A model generated the notes under the pieces. That model saw nothing but the letters and a program-made list of their open reading frames with translations, ran no database searches and was not told where the DNA came from. A program made the position numbers and the translations under genes. DNA of 63,084 nt, filler included, from Octopus bimaculoides (taxonomy: Eukaryota), in NCBI RefSeq assembly GCF_001194135.2. It is 4 parts of 4 records of this genome, joined end to end, with 100 filler letters (N's around TTAATTAATTAA, not from the genome) between each part and the next. Parts side by side here need not be neighbours in the genome. Positions count along the whole stretch, not along the records: positions 51,897 to 63,084 come from NC_068981.1; 3 more parts are not named here. The stretch is one strand, 5' to 3'. Positions 52,441 through 62,970 of the stretch are shown in pieces. The number at the start of each line of letters is the position of its first letter. The first letter of the stretch is position 1.

Positions 52441-53399
52441 AAGACCCATATAATCACGAAGTTGTCATGTATTCTACACACACCATACTACATCTCATGT
52501 AGTCTACACACACCATACTACATCTCATGTAGTACATCCGTTACTTGTGTGTGTATTCATGTAGCACTCCCTTTTCGTATGGGTCACTTTCTCTGTGCGT
52601 GTTCATGCAGCAATCCCCTGTGTATGCATGTAATCATGTAGTATTATCTTTGTGTCTCTCTGGGTTCATGTAGCAATCTCTTCGTGTGTGTGTGTGTGTG
52701 TATGTGTGTGTGTGTATGTGTGTGTGTTTGTGCTCATGTAGCAATCCCTTGTGTGCGTGTGTGTGTTTATGTGTGTTTACTATATGTTTTTTAAATTGCC
52801 GTTCTGTGTCTGTTTTTCGTTTGTACATTTACTCTACGTTTTTTAACTTTTCAGTTAACAGACCGCAACGCAGCCTTTACTATAAATTAACTATAAATTT
52901 ACTATAAATCTATACTATAATTTACTATAAATTGTTTATATTTTCGTGCGAATTCTATTTCTAGCCTTTCTCCTCTGACCCTTTTTTCTCTCTCTGTCTC
53001 TTCCTTTCTCCCCGTCTCTCTCTCTCTCTCTCTCTTTGTCCTCTGCCTTCTGCGTCTCCCTTTACCTGCCACTGACACGTGACCTGTGGTCAGCCTTTTT
53101 CTTTCTCTTTTTTTACACCGGCAGTTGAAGCAAGCGATTGTAATTCCTCTAGTCTCCATTTCAACCTGTTTCGCTGTCTGTTGTCCTTCTATTTTCAATC
53201 CTTTAGAATTTCCTTCTTAGCGTTGCCCATATTTCGTCTTTATCTATCCCTAAGGCTACATTCACTTTGTTTATTTATTCCATTTTTGTCCCTCGTCCGT
53301 CCACAAACTTTCTTGTCTTATACATTTTCATATGTCCACTTCTGTGTCGCTTGTTATCCATGTATTCTTTGTCCGTTATCGGTCTAATATTTCCGGCAG

Positions 53400-53502
53400 C
53401 CCCTGCCGGTGGCACCAGATGGAAATCAATATTATCGATAATGGCACGAAATTGCGTTTGATACCTATGCCGATAACTGATGAGGAATTGATGACCTTCT
53501 GC
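53400..53502 (+). CDS. Candidate exon PCRWHQMEINIIDNGTKLRLIPMPITDEELMTFC, unidentified
   Basis: CTAAT branch plus TTTCCGGCAG acceptor, non-repetitive protein-like frame, weak GTTTGT donor. Lies at the CpG-rich/CpG-poor boundary. Confidence 0.3.
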
Positions 53503-54257
53503 GTTTGTTTTGCGTTTGTGCATTTAGAATATGTTTTTCAACTTGACTCTCTGTGCAGTAATTTTTGAGAGTAAAATTCAAAGGGTTATCCTTTATATAC
53601 ATATTGACACACAATTTGTATGTTGATTATGTTAGGCCCAAAACATCTGTATCATACTTGAAAACTTATACAATTCGTTTTATAAAATAGCTTGAACAAT
53701 CATCTGTGGAATTAATGTGATCCGTCTTTAATTATTTTATTGTATCTACTTACATGTTTGCATATTTTATAATATCCTATTTAAATTATTTTCAACTTCA
53801 GTATATGTTAACATTTGCTTAAGGTATTCCAGCCATGACCGTCTCATCTTTTTGGAGTCTCTAGGACTACATTATATAATAATAGAACTACATTATATAA
53901 AAGTCTATATGTTTTTTTCTCAAGACAGAAGAGTGATGTTTGATTGATATTCTGTTGTTATTTTCAGTAGATCTAGCAGCTACTAAGATGCTCCCCATGA
54001 TTTATGTTTATTGTTTAATAGGGTGGTGTAATGGAAGAAATCAAAATTCAGGATTTACCTTATTAGAATTCATTATCATATAGTGTTTAAATTCACTGAA
54101 TTCACCTATGTCTTTCAACTTGGAGCTGATAAATTAAGTACCAGTCATTTATTAGGGTTAATTCTATTTGTTCTACAATTTTTTCCTAAAAGGTACATGA
54201 CATTGCAGGAATCATGTCATTATTATCTTTGCTATCATCATCATCATTATTATTATT

Positions 54258-54670
54258 GATGAGCTGGCAGAATTGTTACCATGCTGGGCAAAATGCTAAG
54301 CAGCATTTTGTCCGTCTTTGTGTTCTGAGTTCAAATTCTGCTTTGCTTTTCATCCTTTTGGGGTCAATAAATTAAGTACCAGTGAAACACTGGGGTTGAT
54401 GTGATCAGCTAGGCCTCTCTGCCAAAATTTCAGGCTTTGTGCTTTCAGTAGAATGGGTTATTATTATTATCATTGGTGAGCTGGCAGAATTGTTAGCATG
54501 CTGGGCAAAATGCTTAGTGGCGTTTCATCCATCTTTATGTTCTAACTTCAAATTCCAATGGGGTTTCCTTCTTTTGGGGTCTATAAAATAAGTACTGTTT
54601 GTGTGATGGGGTTGATACAATCAACTTATCCCCTCTCCTGAACTGGCCAACCTTGTGCTAAAATTTGAAA
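54258..54670 (+). mobile_element. Two tandem CpG-decayed SINE family A copies
   Basis: GAGCTGGCAGAATTGTTA...TTCTGAGTTCAAATTC cores separated by (TTA)n. Confidence 0.8.
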
Positions 54671-54696
54671 TCATTATTGTTGTTGTTGTTATTATT

Positions 54697-56371
54697 AGTG
54701 AGAATGCATGGCTGCAATAATTTTCTCATTCTCTTTGTATACTCTCTGTTGGTAATTTGTTTCATTTCTTCATGTTTTATTTCATCCGCTTTCAGTATCC
54801 CCAAATACTTTTACCACTGTCCTTTCTCAACCTCTTTTATTGTTTGCCCATTTGGCATTTCAATTCCCTGCCTTCCTTCAAATCTTATTCATTTCATAGT
54901 GTACATATCCATAAAAAGATGATTTATCTGACCATATCCTTTTCCCAAATCATAAGCTATTTTAACTTTATGCAATATCAAACTGAGTGGTATCATGGCC
55001 AATATAAATAGTAGTGGAGATAAGCTATTGCATTGAAATATTCCATGTCTGATGTTCACTTTTCCAAGTCTTTGTTTTCCTCCAATCAATTCAGTATTCC
55101 AATGTTTCGTACTTTCATTAACCATTTTCTCCATATTTTCTACCTCTCCAAATATGTTCATTGTTTTATTTGTCCAACTGTGCAGTACTGTGTCATATAC
55201 TTTTTTGTAATCTAACCATGCTACATTCAGTCCCATCTATCTGCATCTACAATTTCTAATTACCATTTTATCAATTAATAGTGGTATTTTGTTACCCTAC
55301 TTTATTTCCTGCATCCTTTCTGCTCTTCTAGAAGTAGATTATTACTTTCTGGATGATTATATAGCTTTTTCACCAAGACACTGGTCATAAGATTGCACAT
55401 AAGTGGTAAACAGGTTATAGGTAAAAAATATGATGTCAAGTTACCTTTCAAGGGATCCTTGAGACATAACAGTATTTGTCCACTTGTCATCCAGGTAGGG
55501 ACATGACCATGTTACAGGCATTCATCCAGTTGTGCAGCGACCCTTTCATGCTACTCTGTAAAGTTCTTCAGCCAGTAGCCTTGTACTCCTTCCAAGCCAG
55601 GTCCTTTCTGATTTACTATTTTTTTAAAACTTCAGTCTCACTGTATATAGATTGATTCTGACCTCCTTTTTGTCTTGGCACAACTGCAAGTTGTCTTTCT
55701 ACCTGTGTTAGCCACTCTGCACTTTCTTAATGTCTCACCAACCTTTTTTACAGTTCACACCAAAATATTTTACCTTCTACATCAGGGATCATTTCCTGAT
55801 GTTGGTCCCCTTCTATTTCCTCAAAAAGATGCCTTCTATTTGATTGGAACAGTCTCTTCTGTTCAAAGCCTTTGCATCTAGTATCATATCTTTTCAGTTT
55901 GGCCTTTAACAATATCACCCTTAGTGACAATTCTTCATGTACCGTTTACTTCTCCCTTTCTTCTAACCTGTACTGTCCATTCAATTTTCTGATTACTATC
56001 TCATTCTTGAGCTCTCCTCTCATTATCCTATTCAATTGCCCCACTTCTTTCTTTCCACGTCTTTTCCAACTTCATTCATATTTTCATCCTCCAGTTTGGT
56101 TCTTTCTTTTCATTTCCTTTCATTTCTTCAGTTTTCCACTTGTATCCTACTATGTCAGCTATAGCATTAGCAGCAGCTATGATTAGCTGGCTTGTTTCAC
56201 TGATGTTTTCTGTTCTAATCAAGCTTAAAACGTCATTCACTTTGGCCATGGCTCTCCTTACTTTCCCTCTGTCCATATATCTGACATTTGGTGGTACTTC
56301 ATTGTTCCCATCACACATTTTACCTCACAACATTTCTAGAATCTCCTCTTCATCATTCAAATCTTGTGCAG
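54697..56371 (-). mobile_element. R4/Dong-like LINE, N-terminal to RT portion (decayed)
   Basis: KKEPNWRMKI, KAKLKRYDTR...LFQSN, FLPITCLPLM, EEQKGCRK, VAWLDYKKVYDTVLHSW, GIFQCNSLSPLLFILAMIPLS, INHLFMD, YLGILKAD. Confidence 0.85.
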
Positions 56372-56389
56372 TTATTATTATTATTATTA

Positions 56390-56423
<34 letters not shown>

Positions 56424-57255
56424 TATTGTCTTTGCACAGCTTCTAACGCTGGAGATGTACTATGGTGTCAGCTGTTCACTACCAGTGAACTAAGGTAAAA
56501 CCCCTTATTTTTTGAACACCATCCAGAGTATTGGAGTGGTTCCAAGCAGTGCTACTTTCTACAAGTGCTCCACCCTTATTGCAGCCCCTATTTGTTCCAT
56601 GTACTTCTCAAGATTTTTACTCAGTTCCCAGGGCTCTGACAATTATTGGTACTACTACCAACTTTTTCAGCGACCACAACTGCTTAACCTCCTAAGCTAA
56701 CCTGTCATATCTATCGACTTTCCTTTCTTCCTTATCGCATACCTTGTTGTCAGCTGGGCATGTTATATCTATGATCCAGCATCGTTTGCTTTCTTTCTCA
56801 ATTAACACTATGTCTGGTTTCCTATTCTCTATCTCATGGTCGCACTGAATCATAAAATCCCATAGGGTCTTTGCATTATCATTTTTGATGATGCCTTTGG
56901 GTTTATGTTCGTACCACTTTTTTACTCTGTCAGGTCCATATTTGTTGCAAAGTGTCCAATGGACAATCCTTGCTATATTGTCATTATGTCTCTTATAGCC
57001 ACTGGGCTAGTGGCGTATATTGACTGGTAATATACTATACAGTTTCACCATTTTGTCCACAAATTCTGCACTTATCACTTTCTGATGTGTTGTCTATTCT
57101 GTATTTGATGTAATTTGTTCTTAGTGCTTGCTCTTAGGCAACACAGATTAGAGCCTCCATTTCTGGTTTTAAATCACTTTTAGTCATCCATAGCCATCTT
57201 TTTTCTTCTACATCCCTATGAAATTGTCCATGCATTCTTTTCTTTATCCACTTAT
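56424..57255 (-). mobile_element. R4/Dong-like LINE, C-terminal CCHC plus RLE portion ending in a (TAA)n tract
   Basis: MHGQFHRD, EQALRTNYIK, DKCRICGQNGETV, HDNIARIVHWTLC, WYEHKP, WDFMIQCDHEIENRKPDIV, DITCP, VALLGT; (TAA)n at 56372-56423. Confidence 0.85.
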
Positions 57256-57344
57256 TTTCAGTTTCATTCATTCAGTCATTCATTCATTCATTCATTCATT
57301 CATTCATTATTATTATTGTTGTTGTTGTTATTATTATTGTTCAT

Positions 57345-57805
57345 CATCATCATCATCATCGTTTAACGTCCGCTTTCCATGCTAGCATGGGTTGGACGAT
57401 TTGACTGAGGACTGGTGAAACTGGATGGCAACACCAGGCTCCAGTCTGATTTGGCAGAGTTTCTACAGCTGGATGCCCTTCCTAACGCCAACCACTCAGA
57501 GAGTGTAGTGGGTGCTTTTACGTGTCACCCGCACGAAAACGGCCACGCTCGAAATGGTGTCTTTTATGTGCCACCCGCACAAGCCAGTCCAGGGGCACTG
57601 GCAACGATCTCGCTCGAAAATCCTACAGGAGCCAGTCAGGCGGTACTGGCAACGGCCACGCTCAAAATGGTGCATCTCATGTGCCACCCGCACAAGAACC
57701 AGTCCAGGGGCACTGGCAACGATCTTACTTGGCTTGCCGGGTCTTCTCACACACAGCCCATTTCCAAAGGTCTCGGTCCGTAGTCATCGCCTCGGTGAGG
57801 CCCAA

Positions 57806-57806
<1 letters not shown>
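57345..57806 (-). mobile_element. RTE-type LINE 3' end / derived short element with (ATG)n tail
   Basis: Minus frame LGLTEAMTTDRDLWKWAVCEKTRQAK*, internal tandem GGCACTGGCAACG blocks, (CAT)n on the + strand. A truncated copy of the same tail lies at ~62995-63037. Confidence 0.7.
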
Positions 57807-57861
<55 letters not shown>

Positions 57862-57862
<1 letters not shown>

Positions 57863-58290
57863 GAGCAGTAGATTGGCAGAATTGTTAGAGTGTTGGAAAA
57901 AATGCTTTGCAGTGTTTATTCCAACTCCTTACATTCTGAGTTAAAATCTTGATGAGATGAAGTTTGCCTTTTATCTTTTTGGGTCAATAAAATGAAATAC
58001 CCATCAAGTGCTGGGTCAATCTATCAACTAGCCCCCACCCAACAAAATGTTGGCCTTGTGTCTATAACAGAAAGAATTATTATTATTAGTGTGGTGGATT
58101 GGTAAGGGCATTGAACAAAACACATTGCAGCATTTAGTTATGACTCTTTACATTCTGAGTTCAAATAATGTCAAGGTCAACTTAGCCTTTCATCCCTCTG
58201 GGGTTGATAAATTAAAGTACCTCTCAAACACTGGGTTTGATAATAATCATCTTATCCTCTCACCCCAAATTTCCAGCCTTGTGTTTATGT
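57862..58290 (+). mobile_element. Two tandem CpG-decayed SINE family A copies
   Basis: ACATTCTGAGTT(A/C)AAA...GCCTTT(T/C)ATC...GG(G)T(C/T)(A/G)ATAAA cores after (TTA)n. Confidence 0.75.
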
Positions 58291-58884
58291 TAGAAAATAG
58301 TATTGTTTAAGTGATGAAAAGTTAAAATAGATCATTATTGTTAATGGGCTTTGATAGGAAATCCAGAGATATTGCTCTATGAACTTTTAAAAATTATCAT
58401 CAGTTTTGCTTGAATGGGAATGTGTTTCTTTTTTTCATTGATCTTATTGTCAGTTGCCTAGAACTAATCCACTGTCTTTTGGTGAATTTTTATCCTTTTC
58501 TGTCTGATTTTCCCTTTTCAGAGAATCATTTGTCTTGAAATTTGGATCTCCAAAATTCACAATTTCTCTTTGAAATGCAAATATGGATCCTTAACATAAA
58601 ATAATAAAGTTCACTGAGATTGAGAAAGGGAAAATATTAGATGCAAATAGTGAAAAAAGTGGAGCTAAAAAGCAGTTTAGCTTCTTTTTTGTGGTTAACA
58701 GCAGTGTTGCAAACATAGCACTATAAGCTTTCCAACTGAAAAATCTTTGTATCACATTGCTACTTACCATAGGAAATTATTTACAACAGAATTTACAACA
58801 GCAACAACAAAGTTAACAACAACCATGGCAACAACAAAATCAACAGCATAAAATCAACAGCATGAACAGCAACAACAACCTAGA

Positions 58885-59100
58885 TAATTGTTTTTAATTT
58901 AGGCCAAGACCAGCAGTTTTGCAGGAAGCTAGTTACTCAATTACATTAACATCAATACTTGTCTGGTTCTTTATTTTATTGACCCCGCGAGGTTCAAAGA
59001 CAAAGTTAACCTTGGTGAGGTTTGAACTTGGAATGTAAAGAGCTGGAAGAAATACTGCAAGGCATTATGTCTGACACTGCAAAGCATACTGTCTATCCAC
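58885..59100 (-). mobile_element. Decayed SINE family A, reverse orientation
   Basis: Reverse complement contains TTACATTCCAAGTTCAAACC...GGGGTCAATAAAATAAAG. Confidence 0.65.
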
Positions 59101-60269
59101 TACCCTTAACAACAAGCTAAAACTTGTAAACAACAATAATAATAACAACAAAATAATGAAAGAGAAAATATATTTGGCCCATGCCACAAACCAATGAGCA
59201 ACACATTTATTTGAGGGAAAGTCAGAAGGAATCAAAAAGTATGAGAATGATATTCTATGCCCTGGAGTGATGTCACTTTCAGCCAAAGAAATAATGAACA
59301 CTCAAAAAAGGTTCAATCTCTACACTTGCATAAATTGTAGACCCTGAAAGCTACATTACTTATCTGCAGTCAAAATTCAGAAGTCTACACAGAGAAACAA
59401 TAATGGATAATGACAACTATTTGTAGGGAATAGAAAGCTTAAGAAGGCTTTTCATCCTTTTGGGGTTAATAAAATAACTATCAATTGATCATTGGAATTA
59501 ATCTAGTTGACTTATCCACTTTTCCTAGAATTGCTGTCCCTGTGCCAAAATTTGAAACCATTATTAGTATTATTGTTGTTGTTATTTTAGAAATAATTTT
59601 TATTATTGCTGTTGCTGTTGTTATTTGAGTGATGGAGTAACGGAAACCATTAAATGATTGACTAAATGCCTTTTGAATGATGGAGTGTACAGTTAAATTT
59701 CCTGTACATTCTGAGTTCAAATACTGTTACAATTAACTTTGCCTTTCATTTTCAAAGAAGTTGATAAAATAAGTAAAATCCCAGTCAAGTAAGGGTGTTT
59801 TAATTAACTATAGTTTCCCACCACTTTTGATGTGTGACCTTGTTCATTGACTAGAAATCTTTATTAATAGATGGAATGGCAGAACTGGGAATTGTCAGAT
59901 TAAATAACTTCTTGTGATATTTAGTTACAGGCATACCTCAATTTAATGGATCAGTTGGTTTCAAATGTCCGATCATTAAGTAAGAGAGTGAGAGGCTAAG
60001 TCACATAGAAATATTGTTGTAATGCATTCTCATGGGGGAAATTTGAAGTAAGAACATTTTTTAAATGTTAAATAAAAATCAAAACAACAGCATAGGCCTG
60101 ACCAATGATTTGATTAAATGAATAATGTTTTTGCTCATTTTGGGTTTATCACTCAATGTGAATTTGTCACTTGTGTTTGATTCACTTGAGGAAGAAATAA
60201 TCATTCTTTCCTTTATAAATTTGCCAAGAATTCCTTGCTTCAGTTAGGATTTTCTTTGTTTTGTTTTTT

Positions 60270-61237
60270 ACCTCCGCCAAGAAAGGAGGTTATGTTTTCA
60301 TCGCCGTTGGTTTGTCTGCCTGTCTGTCTGTGTGCAAAATAACTCAAAAAGTTGTAAACGGTATTTGATGAAACTTGCAGAAAAAGTTGGTAATGACACA
60401 AGGAACAGATGATGAAACTTTGGTAGTGATCTGAGAATTTTTATGGATTCTTGAAGGATTTTTCATTTGTTATATTTACTTTACATGAAGTATTACAATG
60501 TTATGTTCTTTGATTATCTCCCTTGAAAACTTGTTCATCTTTTCCACGTAACTTATGGTGGTGTTGCTGCTTCTAAAGTTTATTTTCGCTGCTCTATTAG
60601 TAATTTTACTCACGTATCTATCTTAAAATGAGCTGCTTGGTGGAGGTCTGTGGAGGATGACATGTCAAGCCTTGACTATTGGGATCGACTCAAAAAGCTC
60701 AGGCTTTGCTCCCTCCACTCGTGCTGTGAGCTCTATATCATCTGTATGATGTGGAAAATATTCCATCAACATTGCCCATTTTTAAAATTCGTCTGAGGCT
60801 TGGCCTCCGTGCCATCCATCCACTACAGAAATGTTTGTGTCGTATCACAACACTATGACAGACCTATTTCACCTCAATTGACCCTGCTCTCTTCAACATC
60901 GTGCCAGACACACATAAAAGAGGAAAGTGACTTCACGGCATTCAAACAATCTCTAGATGATTACCTCCAACAAATACTAGATAAACCACCTACACCCAGA
61001 TATGTCGCTGAAAACAATAATCCTCTGCTTGGATGGGCTATGGTTCCCCAGAGCTGACTGTGTATCACTTCCAGGTGGTGCTATTAAATTAGACATGGCC
61101 TAAGTCAACTTTGGCCGAAACTTATCTAAGTAATCTAATCTATGCTGTAACCTTTTAATCAAAGCATGACAACGTGGGTAGAGGGTGGAAATGAGCTGCT
61201 TAGCGGAGGTCTGCACTCTCCGAGTGCTTTTCTAGTT
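60270..61237 (+). mobile_element. Helentron-associated (HINE/DINE-1-like) element interrupted by a CR1 fragment
   Basis: 5' subTIR ACCTCCGCCAAG with adjacent inverted GGAGGT, a GTCT microsatellite, 3' subTIR CTTAGCGGAGGT, stem-loop GCACTC-TCC-GAGTGC (61213-61227), CTAG end in TT context. Confidence 0.7.
60651..61141 (+). mobile_element. CR1-like LINE 3' fragment
   Basis: LDYWDRLKKLRLCSL, WKIF, FTAFKQSLDDYLQQILDKPPTPRY...NNNPLLGW remnants; short tandem (TAATC-type) tail. Confidence 0.75.
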
Positions 61238-62117
61238 TATAAATGTAATGATAACAAATGTCAGATATATTTAGATCTGTAGCAGTTCTTTTACTTCATT
61301 TAGAATTTGAATGTTGAAGTTTTAAAATCTCAGTTATTTTTTGAGTATGTGAAAAGGCTCCCTTTCAGCCCTTTGTGAAGGCAGGAATAAAAAAGGAGTT
61401 TCTACTGTTAAACTTTCTTCAATATTTTCATAATGGTTGGGCTTATGATAATAAGGTCATGGGTAAAATTCCCCCACCAGACATTGAATCCTTAAGCAAG
61501 GCATTTTATTTTATGTTGTTCCAATTTACTCAGCTGGTACAGCTGTCACATCTCTGATGTTCTGCTGAGTGGAGAGTGGGAGAGTTAAGAGGGTATCAAT
61601 GTCTTGTGACTTCATAGATACCTAAAACAACCCGTGAAAGTGTGGTACAAGTGACCAGGTCATATTCATTTGCAAGCAATGTATCAACTTTTAATGAATT
61701 GATTCAAATGTTTTATGACTAAAGAGTATTGGGGAGAACATAAATATAGTATGTGTGCTCAGCATCACCATGTAAACTAACTGAATGAACAAACTCGTAT
61801 ACATATACTATCGAAGTGCATTGTAGTAATTAAACTTTTAAAGCAACTATTTTGAATGCTTAGTATATGTTTTGCTCAAGTAACTTTTATTTTTCTAGTT
61901 AAAAAAAACAATCATTAAAGTGGCATGTAGTTAAGTGGGAGATTGTTAAACAAGGTATTGTTGCATGCTGCTTTATACTTTGTGCTCAAGTTTTGCTGGA
62001 ATTTTCATTGCTTTTCAGGTTTCAGAAAATATTGATAACGTACTAACTTCAATTTTATTGACTACTCCTCTATACACATTTGTAATCTTGTAGTAAAATT
62101 AGAAATCAATATTATTA

Positions 62118-62310
62118 TTGGCAGCAAGCCAGTAGTATTTTTAGCATGGAGGCAAAATCTTTAGCAGCATTTTGTCCGTCTTTATGTTCTGAGTTGAAAT
62201 TTCTCCGAGGTCAACTTTACCTTTCATCCTTTTGGGGTTAATACAGTAAGTACCAGTTGAGCTCTGGGGTTGATGTAATTGACTTACTCCCTCCCCAAAA
62301 TTTGAAACCA
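62118..62310 (+). mobile_element. CpG-decayed SINE family A
   Basis: TTCTGAGTTGAAATTTCTCCGAGGTCAACTTTACCTTTCATCCTTTTGGGG. Confidence 0.75.
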
Positions 62311-62721
62311 ATATTATTATTGTAGTTTTTGCTCTGGTGGCAAATAAATATAACTAATTATTTTTCTTAACCTAAAAATGACAAATGTCAAACTCAGCTA
62401 CTCTGTCTCACAGCATACTTTCCTCAAGTGTTACACCATTTTAATTTGTTAAAAGAAAGTTTCAATCCAGGGATTGACAGTGCCTAAAAGTCTCAACAAC
62501 AACTTGTGCAAAAAGGAATCTTTTCTGTCAATGACTCATACTTTGTCATATTCCATTCTTTTGCATAGTGAGTAGCAGTTCCCAGACTTATGGCCAAAGA
62601 AACAAAGTTAATTCTAGAGGATGTGTCACTGTTTGTGATGTCCATATCAACAGCTTGCCATTCTAAATAATGCTGCAGTTGTAGAAGAAAACAACAGTAT
62701 TGAGGCCTCTTTTAACATTGT

Positions 62722-62970
62722 TTAGCACAGCATGGTGAAGTAAACATCCCACATTGACAATAAGAAAGTGACAGTAGCTTTTATGTAATTGACACATGCA
62801 GAAACTGAGGCACTGAACAACTCCAATGTATTTGCACACATTAAGGAGGGTAAGGCTGCTAGTTGACGAAGAAGGTACTGTGTTGAACCAATCACCTCTG
62901 TTTGGTTTTGAGGTAGTCTGGAGGCTGGTGAAATAGTATTGGTCACATGATGACTGGTTGGTTGCATACT
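62722..62970 (-). CDS. Candidate terminal exon of a - strand gene continuing beyond the window (SMQPTSHH...ATVTFLLSMWDVYFTMLC*)
   Basis: ATATTCAG acceptor at 62973-62971, 249 nt (82 codons plus TAA), non-repetitive protein-like composition with a hydrophobic C-terminus. Not recognised. Confidence 0.35.
   Translation of the reverse strand, partial: SMQPTSHHVTNTISPASRLPQNQTEVIGSTQYLLRQLAALPSLMCANTLELFSASVSACVNYIKATVTFLLSMWDVYFTMLC

Noticed and set aside
53440-53495. GAAA...CTGATGA as a permuted hammerhead
   Set aside because: Helices I and II do not pair beyond 1-3 bp.
53968-54090. Strong acceptor followed by an open phase-1 frame (LDLAATKMLP...)
   Set aside because: The sequence resembles the dispersed CTAGCAGC/GCTAGAAATA repeat remnant and has no donor.
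57415-57871. Overlapping 84-122 aa ORFs
   Set aside because: They derive from the GC-rich RTE 3' UTR tandem blocks, not from a host gene.
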